Assembly: GCA_963828525.1 (NCBI GenBank)
Contig: CAWHEP010000011.1
Location: forward strand, 1 to 64,000
Reading direction: 5' to 3'
DNA length: 64,000 nucleotides
From: an uncultured Verrucomicrobiae bacterium
Lineage (GTDB): Bacteria > Verrucomicrobiota > Verrucomicrobiia > Chthoniobacterales > Chthoniobacteraceae
Shown here: positions 18,327 to 29,000 of the stretch, piece by piece
Position numbering within the stretch: position 1 is the first letter of the stretch
Layout of the letters: each line of letters starts with the position of its first letter
The notes under the pieces: model-generated
The model's input: the letters and a program-made list of their open reading frames with translations, nothing else
Database searches by the model: none
Told to the model about the DNA's origin: nothing
Position numbers and translations under genes: made by a program

Positions 18327-18549
18327 ACAAGTCGCGAGGTTTAATCGCATGGCGACAAAGGATGGGTCGTGTCCCCGCAATGCTCCGCGACGAGTCCGTA
18401 GCAGCCTTAGAGGATCGTGAGGGGCGCCTCCTTACCCGCAGTTCCCGCGTTGCAGCCGATCATTGTGCATGATGCAAACCCATTCGCCGACTCGACGAAA
18501 GCAAACCCGCAAATTGACGACTGCCCGATCCAATATGTGGCGTTCCAAC

Positions 18550-19736
18550 ATGTCCCTCGATTTTGTAGATGAAGGGGCGGGGATCGCCTTGGATTATTCC
18601 ATTCTCGTGCATTCCCATTTGCGTTGGGACTGGGTTTGGCAGCGGCCACAGCAGTTCCTTTCCCGATTCGCGAAGCGCCATCCGATCCTTTTCGTCGAGG
18701 AGGCAATGCCGGTCGCAGGTCTGAAGAAGCCGCGGGCGGTGGTAAGCGAGTCGTTAAGCATTCCAAATCTTACCGTGCTCCGCACCGAGTTTCCGCCCGC
18801 GATGCTTGCCGATCGCGCCACGCTGGACGCTGAGCAAAAGCGCCTCGTGCTTGAAACGCTTGCCGGTCCGCTCGGCGTTGTCTTCCATCGACCGGTGCAG
18901 TGGTTTTACGACCCTATGGCCGTGACCGCTTTCGCCGGTCAGATGAATGAACAGGCGATCGTGTATGACTGCATGGATCAACTCTCGCAGTTTCGCGGCG
19001 CGCCCCGGAACTCGTTAGGCGCGAACGCGAACTGCTCTTCACCGCAGACGTGGTTTTTGCTGGCGGACCGAAGATTTGGAAAGCCAAGCGCGAACACAAT
19101 GCCAACTGCCACTCCTACGGCTGTGGTGTTGACGTGAATCATTTCGGAAAGGCCCGCCGAGCGAAAACCGTCGTCCCGGCGGACCTCGCGAGCTTGCCCG
19201 GCCCGCGTCTCGGCTACTTTGGAGTCGTGGATGAGCGGATGGACTACGAACTGGTCTCGGCGCTCGCGTCCGCGCATCCAGAGTGGAGCGTAGCCATCAT
19301 CGGCCCGGCCTGCAAAGTTGATACCGCGCGGTTTCCGCGGCATCCGAATCTGCGCTTCCTGGGCCGGCGCGACTACGACGAGCTTCCCGCCTACGTGAAA
19401 GGGCTGGATGTCTGCCTCATGCCATTCGCCATGAACGAGGCGACCGAATTTATCAATCCCACGAAGGCGCTGGAATACATGGCCACCGCGCGGCCGATTG
19501 TTTCGACCGCGGTGGAAGATGTGGTGCTGCAGTTCTCCGACGTGGTAAGCATTGCCAGGTCGCATCGGGAATTCATCGCGATGTGTGAGAAGGCTATTCA
19601 CGCGTCCGACGCGGCACAAATCGCCCGGGGTATCCAACTGGCGAAACGCAACTCCTGGGAGGCCATCGTCGCGAGGATGGAAGCTCACATCGCCGACGCG
19701 CTCGTCGGGAAGCGCCAGCGCCTGGAAGTCGCGTGA
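18550..19736 (+). CDS. Glf-associated GT-B glycosyltransferase, frameshifted at 19003-19006
   Basis: HLRWDWVWQRPQQ, VYDCMDQLSQFRGAP|PELVRRERELL, GYFGVVDERMD, NPTKALEYMA; one extra C joins the two ORFs; start approximate. Confidence 0.85.
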
Positions 19737-20920
19737 TGGCTGGATTCGCATTTGATTACCTCATCGTCGGGGCGGGATTTGCCGGGAGCGTGCTTGCAGA
19801 GCGGCTTGCGCGCGGCTCGGCAAAGCGGGTTCTATTAATCGACAAGCGCAATCATATCGGGGGCAACGCATACGATTGCCATGACGCGGCAGGTGTTCTC
19901 ATCCACAAATATGGCCCGCACATCTTCCATACCAACTCGCGAGAGGTGTTCGATTACCTTTCACGGTTCACCCAGTGGCGGCACTACCAGCACCGTGTGC
20001 TTGCGAGCGTGGAAGGGCAGCTCGTGCCAATCCCGATCAACCTGGAAACGATCAATCAACTTTACGGACTGAACCTTGATTCCAATGGCGTCGCGGAGTT
20101 CTTCGCCTCCGTGGCGGAAAAGCGCGACCCGATCGTGACCAGCGAAGATTCCGTAGTGAGCCAGGTCGGCCAGGACCTTTATAAGAAGTTTTTTCGCGGA
20201 TACACACGCAAGCAGTGGGGGCTCGACCCGAGCGAACTTGATGCTGCCGTGGCGGCGCGTGTTCCAGCCCGCTTCAATCGCGATTGCCGCTATTTCACCG
20301 ATTCGTATCAGTCAATGCCGCTGCACGGATTCACACGGATGTTTGAGAACATGCTGGATCACCCGAACATCCACATCATGTTGCAGACCGATTACCGGGA
20401 CGTCCTGAAGATGATTCCCCATCGCAAGATGATCTACACAGGACCAGTCGATGAGTTTTTCGATTGCCGCTATGGACGGCTGCCCTACCGGTCCATCGAG
20501 TTCAAACATGAAACGCATGAGCAGGAGGTTTTTCAATCCGCGCCGGTGGTAAACTACCCGAACGAGTACGCATTCACGCGCATCACGGAATTCAAATACC
20601 TGACGGGCCAGCGCCATCCAAAGACGAGCATCGTCTATGAGTTCCCGCAGGCGGACGGTGATCCGTATTACCCGATTCCGAAGCCCGAAAATGCGGCGAT
20701 CTATAAACAATACCAGGAACTGGCGAAGGAAACACCGGACGTCCATTTCGTTGGCCGGCTAGCAACGTACCGCTACTACAACATGGACCAGGTCGTGGCG
20801 CAGTCGCTTACTACCTATAAGCACCTGAGCGCGGCCATCGCCGGGAATGGCTCTACCAACGGGCACGCCGCCCCAGACATGGAAATCAACCGCAGGCGCA
20901 AACCTGCGGGAAAGTCATAA
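19736..20920 (+). CDS. glf: UDP-galactopyranose mutase
   Basis: VGAGFAG, HIGGNAYD, YGPHIFHTN, YTRKQWG, PYYP, GRLATYRYYNMDQ. Confidence 0.96.
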   Translation: MAGFAFDYLIVGAGFAGSVLAERLARGSAKRVLLIDKRNHIGGNAYDCHDAAGVLIHKYGPHIFHTNSREVFDYLSRFTQWRHYQHRVLASVEGQLVPIPINLETINQLYGLNLDSNGVAEFFASVAEKRDPIVTSEDSVVSQVGQDLYKKFFRGYTRKQWGLDPSELDAAVAARVPARFNRDCRYFTDSYQSMPLHGFTRMFENMLDHPNIHIMLQTDYRDVLKMIPHRKMIYTGPVDEFFDCRYGRLPYRSIEFKHETHEQEVFQSAPVVNYPNEYAFTRITEFKYLTGQRHPKTSIVYEFPQADGDPYYPIPKPENAAIYKQYQELAKETPDVHFVGRLATYRYYNMDQVVAQSLTTYKHLSAAIAGNGSTNGHAAPDMEINRRRKPAGKS

Positions 20921-20955
20921 GTAAAAACGGCTCACAGCCGATCACCCCTGGCCAC

Positions 20956-23244
20956 TCACGCCACACGTTCGGCGCGCGGGCGGGGCTCAGGCTGCGCAAC
21001 TCCGGAATCGTGACCGCGCTCCGCGAGGCAGCGGCCGAGCGCGTGCTCCCACGACGGCAGCAGCGCGCCGCGTTCGGAGCCTAGCGCGCTAAAAAGCGGG
21101 CGCGGCTCCGACAATCCGAGCGCCTCCTGTTCACAACCCTGCACAAGTGACGCGTCCAATCCGGCGAGCCTGGCCGCGGCCCGCGCGAACTCTGCCCATG
21201 AGACCTCGCCCGCGTTTGCCAGGTGCCAAATGCCATGCTCGCCATCAATCAGCAGATCGAGCGCCGCGTGGACTAGATCGGGAACGTAAGTCGGAGAAAT
21301 GCGGGCGTCTTCGGCAGCTATCACGGGTTCGTTACGGCGCAGCTTTTCCAGCGTCGCAGCGATGAAGTTCCAGCGGTCCCACGGACCGAAGAACGCGCTC
21401 GTTCGCACCATCAGCGCGGCAGGATTTAGAGCGGCGACGTGGCGCTCAGCAGCGGCTTTGCTGTGGCCATACACGTTGAGCGGCGCCACGGGATCGCTTT
21501 CCACGTAGGGCGCGCGCTTTTCCCCGTTGAAGACGAGGTCGGATGAAAAAGTGAGCAACGCGCTGCCTTGCTCGCGGCATGCGACGGCGAGCACGGCAGG
21601 GCCGGCGGCGTTCTCCCGCAGGCAAAGGTAGCGCTCACGCCCAGCTTCATCCACGCGGACGAAGCCGGCCGCGTTCACGACAGCCCACGGGCGATGAGCC
21701 CGCAACGCCGAGCGCGCGGACTCCGCATCCGCAATGTCCAACTCGGCGCGGCTCAGCAGGCGGAAAGGAAGCCCTCGCCGGTCGCAGACGCGCGCGAAAG
21801 CCTGGCCGAGGGTGCCGGTCGCTCCGGTAATTAGAAGAACGCGGCCGTCGGCCGCGTCCCCGCCATGATTCAGAGCAAGGCCGGAGCGCGAACGAGGGGC
21901 GAAATCTTCATTCTGCGTCGAGCGCAGAATCCGAATGCGCCGCCGCCACCAGCCGGGCTCTGAAAAAACCGCGGGTTCAGCCGGGGTCGCGCCCGCCGCC
22001 AGGGTTTTAAGCATGCGGGCAAGAGCGGTCGGGCGGGGCTCGGGCGAGCGCAAGTCCCAAGCGCCGGGCTCATAGTGACCTTCGCTGCGTGTCAGCAGCG
22101 AATCCCAATCATACGCCCCAAGTAGCGACCATGCGGTGACAGCGGCGACGGGCACGCCCGCGCCGCGAGCAGCGCGGGCGGCATTCCAGATTTCCCAGAG
22201 CCAGCGCATCTGCTCCTCGCGGGTGCAGCCGAGATGCGCCTCGGTGATCGCGAGAGGAATTCCATAGCGCTCCCATGCGGCGCGCAGAAGCCGCTCGGGT
22301 TCGCAGAAACCTTCGGGCCGCGCGCGCACGGCTTCAACGTCCGCGTACGCTATGCGACCGTTGCCGCCGTGCCGTTCCGGAGGATACGCGTCGACGTTTT
22401 CATCCAGATAGCGGCTGCTGGTGATGTAGTGATTGATCCCGAGCAAATCCGGCGGGCAGGGGTCCTCGATAATACTTGCGAGCTCGCGCGGTGGGATACC
22501 CGCGCTATTCAACCATCTCGCAATTTCGCCACGCCGCTCCAACTTGCCGGTGAGCAGGTCAAAAGAAAGCCAGCGCCTCTCATTCTCGAAATCCGCCTGC
22601 GCCTGCGCGCGGGGCGTAGCCGTCGTCTCGCCCAGATCCTCGGTCTGGACAAGCCGGGCCGCTGGATTCACGCCGCGAATGGCGCGCATGGCGAGGATCG
22701 TCGCCCGCGTTTGCCCCAGCAGGCACCTGGCGAATGTGAGCACGTCATGGCCATGCGGAAACCAATGCCCATAAAGACCGGCGAAGCGGGCTGTGGTGAG
22801 CGGCTCGTTCACGGGCGTCCACATTCCGACCCACGGATACCGCTCCGCGACCGCGCGGGCATATCGGGCGAGCTTTTCGGGAAACAACGGGTCCACAAGA
22901 CTCGTTCCGCCAGGCCCGCTGCCGTGATGGATTAGTCCAATGATCGGTCGAATCCCCAGCGCGCGCATCCGTTCCATCCGCGCGTCAGCCCATGCCCAAT
23001 CAATCGGAGAGCGCTCGGGCGCGAGTTCCTCCCACAAGAGGGGATAGCGCAGCGCGCGAATACCCAGCGCGGCGATGCGATCGAGATCTTCGATGCGGTC
23101 CCAATGCCCGCCGCGCCGCAGCTGGCTAAAGAAGCGATCGCCGACCCGGTTCGTCGTACACTCGATACCGCCCCACAGCTCAAGCGAGGGCTCACGGAGG
23201 ATGCCGCCTTGCTCGTTGCCAATGAAGAGCTCTGTTTGTTTCAT
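20956..23244 (-). CDS. GH1 glycoside hydrolase fused to an RmlD-like (dTDP-4-dehydrorhamnose reductase) domain
   Basis: WTPVNEP and AITEAH (GH1 catalytic Glu pair); LITGATGTLG, SSDLVFNG, YGHSK, SPTYVPDL. Confidence 0.88.
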   Translation of the reverse strand: MKQTELFIGNEQGGILREPSLELWGGIECTTNRVGDRFFSQLRRGGHWDRIEDLDRIAALGIRALRYPLLWEELAPERSPIDWAWADARMERMRALGIRPIIGLIHHGSGPGGTSLVDPLFPEKLARYARAVAERYPWVGMWTPVNEPLTTARFAGLYGHWFPHGHDVLTFARCLLGQTRATILAMRAIRGVNPAARLVQTEDLGETTATPRAQAQADFENERRWLSFDLLTGKLERRGEIARWLNSAGIPPRELASIIEDPCPPDLLGINHYITSSRYLDENVDAYPPERHGGNGRIAYADVEAVRARPEGFCEPERLLRAAWERYGIPLAITEAHLGCTREEQMRWLWEIWNAARAARGAGVPVAAVTAWSLLGAYDWDSLLTRSEGHYEPGAWDLRSPEPRPTALARMLKTLAAGATPAEPAVFSEPGWWRRRIRILRSTQNEDFAPRSRSGLALNHGGDAADGRVLLITGATGTLGQAFARVCDRRGLPFRLLSRAELDIADAESARSALRAHRPWAVVNAAGFVRVDEAGRERYLCLRENAAGPAVLAVACREQGSALLTFSSDLVFNGEKRAPYVESDPVAPLNVYGHSKAAAERHVAALNPAALMVRTSAFFGPWDRWNFIAATLEKLRRNEPVIAAEDARISPTYVPDLVHAALDLLIDGEHGIWHLANAGEVSWAEFARAAARLAGLDASLVQGCEQEALGLSEPRPLFSALGSERGALLPSWEHALGRCLAERGHDSGVAQPEPRPRAERVA

Positions 23245-24215
23245 ATCTGCGCGCTGTCATGCGGGCCCCGCCAGCGTCGCCGAATCGCGGGCCAATCCAG
23301 CCTCGCCCCTTCCTTGATTTTGGAAAAGTCCGGCGCGCCGGTGGGAGCAGCTCCCAGCCGAAGCCGATGGGCGAGGGACATCGCGTCAAAAGGAGCATGC
23401 ACCTTGGCATCGTTATCGAAATAAACGAACACGTCCTTCTCCTCTGCGACTTGTCGGCGAGCCAGCAACCGCGCTCGGGCGGGGGCTTTCCCTTTCGCGA
23501 AGGCGCGGACCTTCCGGCTCCACGCCCCCAGCGCTTCGGAGCCGTAGCCGCTGACGTAGAGTTCCTGGTCTCCGTGAAGGCGGACGTACACGAAGTTGCT
23601 TGTCGTGTCCTCAATCAGCGGCCATTTGCCAGCTGTGTCGGCCACGACCATCGCTATGTCGTGCTCTCGCAGCAGCGAGATGAAGTCCGGCGATTCAAAA
23701 GAGGGATGACGAATCTCGATGGCGTGGCGGAGCGGGCGGATACGGTCCGTCTCCATCCAAGCGCGACCGCGCAGGCGGTCATCGTGCTTCTCTGCCAACC
23801 TGGCAGCCGCCCGGGTGTCGCGAGGCAGCAGGTCAAAGAACTGCCGGAGCCGCTCGGGATCGAAGCGGGAGCTGGGCGGCAGTTGCCATAGAAAAGGGCC
23901 GAGCTTCTCATAAAGACGGAGCACACCTGAGGCGAAGAAGTTGGCCAATGGCGTCTCAATATCCTTCAGCCGTTTCATGTGGGTGATAAAGCGACTCCCT
24001 TTGATAGAAAAGAGGAAGCCCTCCGGCGTGGCATCATACCATCGCTGGTAGCTCTCCGGTCGCTGAAGCGAATAGAACGAGCCGTTGATCTCGATGGAGC
24101 TTACCTGGCGCGAGGCGTATTCGAGTTCCCGGTGATGTGGCCAGCCTTTCGGGTAGAAGCGTCCGCGCCATGGGCCGTAGTTCCATCCAGAGATGCCGAT
24201 GCGGATCTCTCCCAA
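23241..24215 (-). CDS. DUF72 domain protein
   Basis: IGISGW, IEINGSFY, GSRFITHMKRL, LWQLPP, YVRLHG, YFDND. Confidence 0.9.
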   Translation of the reverse strand: MGEIRIGISGWNYGPWRGRFYPKGWPHHRELEYASRQVSSIEINGSFYSLQRPESYQRWYDATPEGFLFSIKGSRFITHMKRLKDIETPLANFFASGVLRLYEKLGPFLWQLPPSSRFDPERLRQFFDLLPRDTRAAARLAEKHDDRLRGRAWMETDRIRPLRHAIEIRHPSFESPDFISLLREHDIAMVVADTAGKWPLIEDTTSNFVYVRLHGDQELYVSGYGSEALGAWSRKVRAFAKGKAPARARLLARRQVAEEKDVFVYFDNDAKVHAPFDAMSLAHRLRLGAAPTGAPDFSKIKEGARLDWPAIRRRWRGPHDSAQI

Positions 24216-24262
24216 TCGTCACCGGCTCCTCACCCGGCATCGGTTGTTCATCAATCCGGCGC

Positions 24263-25438
24263 TCAGGGCTTCAGCACGACCTTGATGCAGCCGTCCTCCT
24301 TATCGCGGAACTTTTTGTAAAGCTCCGGCGCTTCGCTGAGGGGCCGCTGGTGGGTGATGACAAAGGAGGGATCGAGTCCGCCCGCTTCGATCTTTTCCAG
24401 CAGCGGCTTCGTGTAGCGTTGGGTGTGGGTCTGTCCTGTCTTGATCGTGAGGCCCTTGTTCATCGTAAGACCCATCGGGAATTTATCCACCATTCCGACA
24501 TACACCCCCGGCACGGAGACCGTGCCGCCTTTGCGGCAGCAGTAGAGCGCCTGCCGCAGGGCGTGCGCGCGATCCGTGGCGAGGAACATGGTGGCTTTCA
24601 CCTTGTCGATAACGGCGTCCGCGCCGCCTGTCTCGTGCGCTTCAGCGCCTACCGCTTCGATGCACCGATCTGGCCCGCGACCTTCCGTCAACTCGTTGAG
24701 AACGTCGGAAACTTCATCTACTTCGGCGAAGTTGATCGTCTCCGCGCGGCCATGCGTCCGCGCCATGGCGAGCCGCTCCGGCACGCGATCGATCGCGATC
24801 ACGCGACCCGCGCCCAGCATCCACGCGCTTTGAATTGCCATCTGCCCGACTGGCCCGCAGCCCCAAACCGCAACGGTATCACCCGGCTCGATGCCGGCAT
24901 TCTCCGCTGCCATCCAGCCGGTCGGAAGAATATCTGACAGGAAGAGCACCTTCTCATCCGGAAGGTCCGACTCGATCTTCTGGGGCCCAACGTCGGCATG
25001 TGGCACGCGCAGGTATTCCGCCTGGCCGCCCGCGTAGCCGCCGGTGAGATGCGAATAGCCGAAGAGGCCAGCCGGCGCATGCCCCATCATCTTTGCGGCC
25101 TTTTCCGCGTCGGGGTTCGTGTTATCGCAGCAGGAGAAGAGATTCTTGGAGCAAAAGAAACACGAACCGCATGCGATGTTGAAAGGCACGACGACGCGGT
25201 CGCCCTTCTTGAGCTTCGTCACCGCCCTGCCAACTTCGACCACGACGCCCATAGGCTCGTGGCCCATGATGTCCCCGTCTTCCATCGTCGGCATGTAGCC
25301 GTCAAGGAGGTGAAGATCCGAGCCGCAGATCGCGGTGGAGGTGACTTTAATAATAACGTCGCCCGGTTCGTGGATCGTGGGATCCGGAACCTGATCGACG
25401 CTGACGCTGCCTTTACCGTGCCAGACGAGTGCTTTCAT
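24263..25438 (-). CDS. Zinc-dependent alcohol/formaldehyde dehydrogenase (YbdR-like)
   Basis: [34 protein letters not shown]; start at MKALVWHG. Confidence 0.92.
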   Translation of the reverse strand: MKALVWHGKGSVSVDQVPDPTIHEPGDVIIKVTSTAICGSDLHLLDGYMPTMEDGDIMGHEPMGVVVEVGRAVTKLKKGDRVVVPFNIACGSCFFCSKNLFSCCDNTNPDAEKAAKMMGHAPAGLFGYSHLTGGYAGGQAEYLRVPHADVGPQKIESDLPDEKVLFLSDILPTGWMAAENAGIEPGDTVAVWGCGPVGQMAIQSAWMLGAGRVIAIDRVPERLAMARTHGRAETINFAEVDEVSDVLNELTEGRGPDRCIEAVGAEAHETGGADAVIDKVKATMFLATDRAHALRQALYCCRKGGTVSVPGVYVGMVDKFPMGLTMNKGLTIKTGQTHTQRYTKPLLEKIEAGGLDPSFVITHQRPLSEAPELYKKFRDKEDGCIKVVLKP

Positions 25439-25457
25439 AGATCTATATGTTGGTTGT

Positions 25458-26360
25458 TTAGGGGTTAAGGTATGCGGTCCCGTCTTCCGCCCGCGCCGGA
25501 GCGGCGACGTAGCGCCCGTTGGCAGGGACGGCGACACTGGCGAAATCGCGCGCAAGTTGACGCAGCGCGTCTCGCATCTCAGCGCCTCGCATCGCGCGTC
25601 CGTGGCCGGTAACCACGAGTTCGGGGTCCAAGGTAGCAAGCTGTTCCACCGATGAGCGCGCCGCATCCCAGTCCGGCGTGAAGTATTTCGGCGGCCCGTG
25701 CATCTGCGGCTCCTGCACCAGCACAGAATACGCGGACTCTTGATTGGTCGTAATGAAGGCATCGCCAGCGATCATCGCGCGATCTGACTCCCGCCAGAGG
25801 GAAACATGGCCGGGAGAATGGCCAGGCGTATGCAGCCAGCGCCAACCTGGCATGGTGGGTACGGATCCATCGGCTGGCAGCGCTCGCAGGCGCGCGCTAA
25901 CGTCGACGGGGGCGCGCGGGAAAAGCGGCGCGAGCAGCGGCATCACGCCGCCGCCGACCTTGGGATCGGGCGGCGGATAGGACGCCGCGCCGTTCAAATA
26001 AGGAAATTCGAGCGTGTGCGCGAAAACTTCGACGTCCCACTTGGCGGAGAGCCTCTCCAGCGAACCCACGTGATCGAAATGCCCATGAGTCAGGATAATC
26101 GCCGCGGGCCGGGCGCCAGCGCCGAAACGCTTCGCCGCCGCGCGTTCAATGAAGCCCATGGCGCCCGGCACTCCGGCGTCGATCAGCGTCCACCCACGAT
26201 CGCCGGCTCCCGGCGACCCATAGAAAACTGCATTCACCAGAGCAAGCCGCTTATACGCGAGGTCGATGGCGATTTCGGTCGTGCCATCATCGAGATCTGG
26301 CCAATCAGCGACCGCTTCCGGCGTGAGTGGGATCTGCTGGGCGATGGGCGCGGCGGTCAT
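25458..26360 (-). CDS. MBL-fold metallo-hydrolase
   Basis: [25 protein letters not shown]. Confidence 0.88.
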   Translation of the reverse strand: MTAAPIAQQIPLTPEAVADWPDLDDGTTEIAIDLAYKRLALVNAVFYGSPGAGDRGWTLIDAGVPGAMGFIERAAAKRFGAGARPAAIILTHGHFDHVGSLERLSAKWDVEVFAHTLEFPYLNGAASYPPPDPKVGGGVMPLLAPLFPRAPVDVSARLRALPADGSVPTMPGWRWLHTPGHSPGHVSLWRESDRAMIAGDAFITTNQESAYSVLVQEPQMHGPPKYFTPDWDAARSSVEQLATLDPELVVTGHGRAMRGAEMRDALRQLARDFASVAVPANGRYVAAPARAEDGTAYLNP

Positions 26361-26504
26361 ACCTAGCCTTCGCCATTGCGGCAGCCCGTGAGCGCATCCC
26401 TTTTCAGAGAAAGCATTTCTCAGGAATCTCCCGATCAGGGAGGTGGCTGATCCTGATGCTGTTCTCAGTAGAGCCTCCCGAGCGTCATCCGCCGAACCTA
26501 GGGT

Positions 26505-27062
26505 ATGACCAAAAGAGAACAGTTCATTCAGTGGCTTGGCGATGCCCACGCAATGGAAGTCGGCATCGTCACGACATTGGAGAAACACATTGTGGATGCT
26601 GAAAAATTGCCCAAAGCCCGGGCGGCTTTAACCAAGCATCTCCGCGAAACCAAACGACACGCCACTGAAATGGAAAAGGCGCTGGCATCGCTGGGTGGGA
26701 GCCATCCTGTGTTGAAGGAAGGTGTGAGCAAGCTTGCCAACCTCGCGGCAGGCATGGTCACGACCGCGGCGAAGGACACCATCGTGAAGAACGCCATCGC
26801 CGACTTCGCAACGGAGCATTTTGAGATGGCCTGCTACAAGTCGCTCATACTCACCGCGAAGGCGCTCGGTGAGACGAAGATAGCTGCTGCCTGTGAAGGT
26901 ATTTTAAAAGAGGAGCAGGCCATGGCGGCGTTGCTTGATGGCCTGTTCGAGGGAGTGAACGATGCCTACCTTGCCAGCCTTGATGAGGACGATGAAGAGG
27001 AGCATCCAACCAAGAAAGCTGCCATACGAAAGGCTGAGCCGCGGAAGAAGGCGCGCTCGTAG
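26505..27062 (+). CDS. DUF892 (YciE/YciF) ferritin-like protein with a basic C-terminal tail
   Basis: WLGDAHAME, HLRETKRH, EHFEMACY, ILKEEQAMA. Confidence 0.88.
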   Translation: MTKREQFIQWLGDAHAMEVGIVTTLEKHIVDAEKLPKARAALTKHLRETKRHATEMEKALASLGGSHPVLKEGVSKLANLAAGMVTTAAKDTIVKNAIADFATEHFEMACYKSLILTAKALGETKIAAACEGILKEEQAMAALLDGLFEGVNDAYLASLDEDDEEEHPTKKAAIRKAEPRKKARS

Positions 27063-27092
27063 CATCTTGATGGGCTCCCCGTCGCCACGATC

Positions 27093-27481
27093 ATGAGCGC
27101 CGCCCGGCCCCTCCGAATTTTGTCGTCGAGAATCATCCCGACACGCTGAAATGGCTGACACTTTATCTTCAGCAGATCGGGCACACGGTCCTCACCCCGC
27201 GCAGCATGGAGGAAGCTCTCACCGCAATCCCAGCGGCCGCTTGTGAAGTGCTGATCAGCGACATCGGCCTGCCAGATGGAGACGGATGGTTGCTTCTTAA
27301 CAAGCTGCGCGAAACCTCTTCTGCTTTGCCGCGCTACGCAATTGCCATGAGTGGCTACGGGACGGATGCCGACCGCTCGCAGAGCATGGCGGCCGGATAT
27401 AGCCAACACATTTTGAAACCGTTCAAAGCCAGGGAGCTTGACGCGATGCTGGATGAGGCCGCGGGGAAGCTTGGTGAATAA
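27093..27481 (+). CDS. Single-domain response regulator (receiver), frameshifted at 27118-27121
   Basis: MSAARPLRI|VVENHPDT...LISDIGLPDGDG...AMSGYG...KPF; one extra T restores the frame. Confidence 0.8.
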
Positions 27482-27531
27482 GAAATGATTGCCCGCGCAC
27501 GGCAAGGGACAAGCGCGAAATGCGCGGCGTC

Positions 27532-28281
27532 TCACGCTTTCGCCTGCGATGTGGCAGAAGCCGTTTGATTGCTCCCGCCGCTGTTCACCCAATCTATCGC
27601 GAAACGAACCATCGACGCGGCGTCCTTGAACTTGAGCTTTTCCTTGATATGCGCGCGGTGCGTTTCCACGGTTTTTGGGCTGAGGCGCAGATCATCGGCG
27701 ACTTCCCGCGTCGTCAGGCCTTCGCCGAGCTTTTCCAACACTTCGAGTTCGCGATCAGAGAGCAGATCGACGGGCGAACCCATGCCCTCGTCGATCGCGG
27801 TGATCGCCTTGAAGATCAACTGCTCGCCGAAGGTTGGGCTGACATAAATCTTTCCATCCGCTACCTGGCGCAAAGCATTCTCGATAGAGGTCATCGCTTC
27901 CGCCTTCATGACGTAGCCCTTGGCGCCAGCTTTTAACGCGCGAAGGGCGTAGTGCGTTTCGTCGTGCATCGACACGACGAGGATCGGCATCCGGGGCATC
28001 TCCGCGAGGATCATCTTGATCAGCTCGATCCCGTTCATTCCCGGCATGGAGACGTCAACGATCACTACGTCCGGGTGGAGCGACCTGCACGCGGAGATCG
28101 CGATGGGCGCGCTGTCCGCCTCGCCGCAAACATCGAACTCGCCACTCTGAGTGACGATAAATTTTAGCCCTTGCCGAAAGGTAGGGTGATCATCCACCAG
28201 GAACACGCGTTTGGCCGCAGGCTTCGGCTTTGTGGCCGCTGTGGGGCAGGATTGTGGGGCGGGCCTCTTCGATGGGGACAT
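27532..28281 (-). CDS. NarL/LuxR family response regulator
   Basis: VFLVDDHP, VDVSMPGMNG, LSDRELEVL, SPKTVETHR. Confidence 0.92.
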   Translation of the reverse strand: MSPSKRPAPQSCPTAATKPKPAAKRVFLVDDHPTFRQGLKFIVTQSGEFDVCGEADSAPIAISACRSLHPDVVIVDVSMPGMNGIELIKMILAEMPRMPILVVSMHDETHYALRALKAGAKGYVMKAEAMTSIENALRQVADGKIYVSPTFGEQLIFKAITAIDEGMGSPVDLLSDRELEVLEKLGEGLTTREVADDLRLSPKTVETHRAHIKEKLKFKDAASMVRFAIDWVNSGGSNQTASATSQAKA

Positions 28282-28479
28282 CAATACAGAGTATTTCGCC
28301 TGCCAGCAGGCATTCGGTTGGAGCTTTTCGATGTACGCAGCATCGCATCTCCCAGGGCATTCTTCACTGCCTCGCAAGCGATGCCGCGGATGGACGTCGC
28401 CCATCCATGCTTGCCTCGGCAACTTTAAATGCGGCGCCACGCCAGCCCGGGTTCTATCGAGCAGCCCGTCGCTACGACG

Positions 28480-28764
28480 TCAACAACACGTTTCAGTCGC
28501 TTCGGGAGGGGAATCTCTGTGTCCACCGTCCTTCTTCATGGCTAGGCGGATTCGAGCCATGAGACGGACTTTCGTGGCTGGCCGGGGCGCGCAGGGACGG
28601 AGGCTTAGGGCAAACACGCTGTTTAACTCGCGGCACTCCGTTATGAGCGTCTCACCCCGCTCGCCAAATTGAACGCGGGCTTCCTGGAAACCGGAGTATT
28701 CCTCCTCGTCGAGCGCATCAAGAACGAAGAGGCGCGCCTGCTTCTCGAATTCTTCAAAAGTCAT
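28480..28764 (-). CDS. Small hypothetical protein resembling an anti-sigma N-terminal domain
   Basis: MTFEEFEKQARLFVLDALDEEE...PRPATKVRLMARI resembles the RskA-like LYVLGAL...P...LK.RL pattern. Confidence 0.55.
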   Translation of the reverse strand: MTFEEFEKQARLFVLDALDEEEYSGFQEARVQFGERGETLITECRELNSVFALSLRPCAPRPATKVRLMARIRLAMKKDGGHRDSPPEATETCC

Positions 28765-29000
28765 TCGTGGAGTTTTAGTTACACATCCGCTAGCGCCCGT
28801 TGTACGGCTGGTAAAAACGGCAGTCCTCAATGGTAAGGTTCGTTTGCCAGCCTTCGTTTGCGTGGACTTTCGGGATTCTGTTTGTGCTCGACGCTTCATC
28901 GCTGCTCCAAGTTAGCACCTCCCATGCCGGACTTCCTGCATGGCCGGGGGCGGCCCGCTTCCTCATTGCAATCGCCGGCGTTTTCTTATTCTGTGCTGGC

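Noticed and set aside
19003..19006. Phase variation or programmed frameshift in the glycosyltransferase
   Set aside because: The tract is only 4 nt, and the same kind of lesion occurs in mnmE and other genes; sequencing error is more likely
25439..25762. N-terminal extensions in the ORF track (ADH here; likewise MBL, NarL regulator, DHS-like, FadL, mqnD)
   Set aside because: They overlap neighbouring genes or lack family similarity; downstream ATGs match family starts
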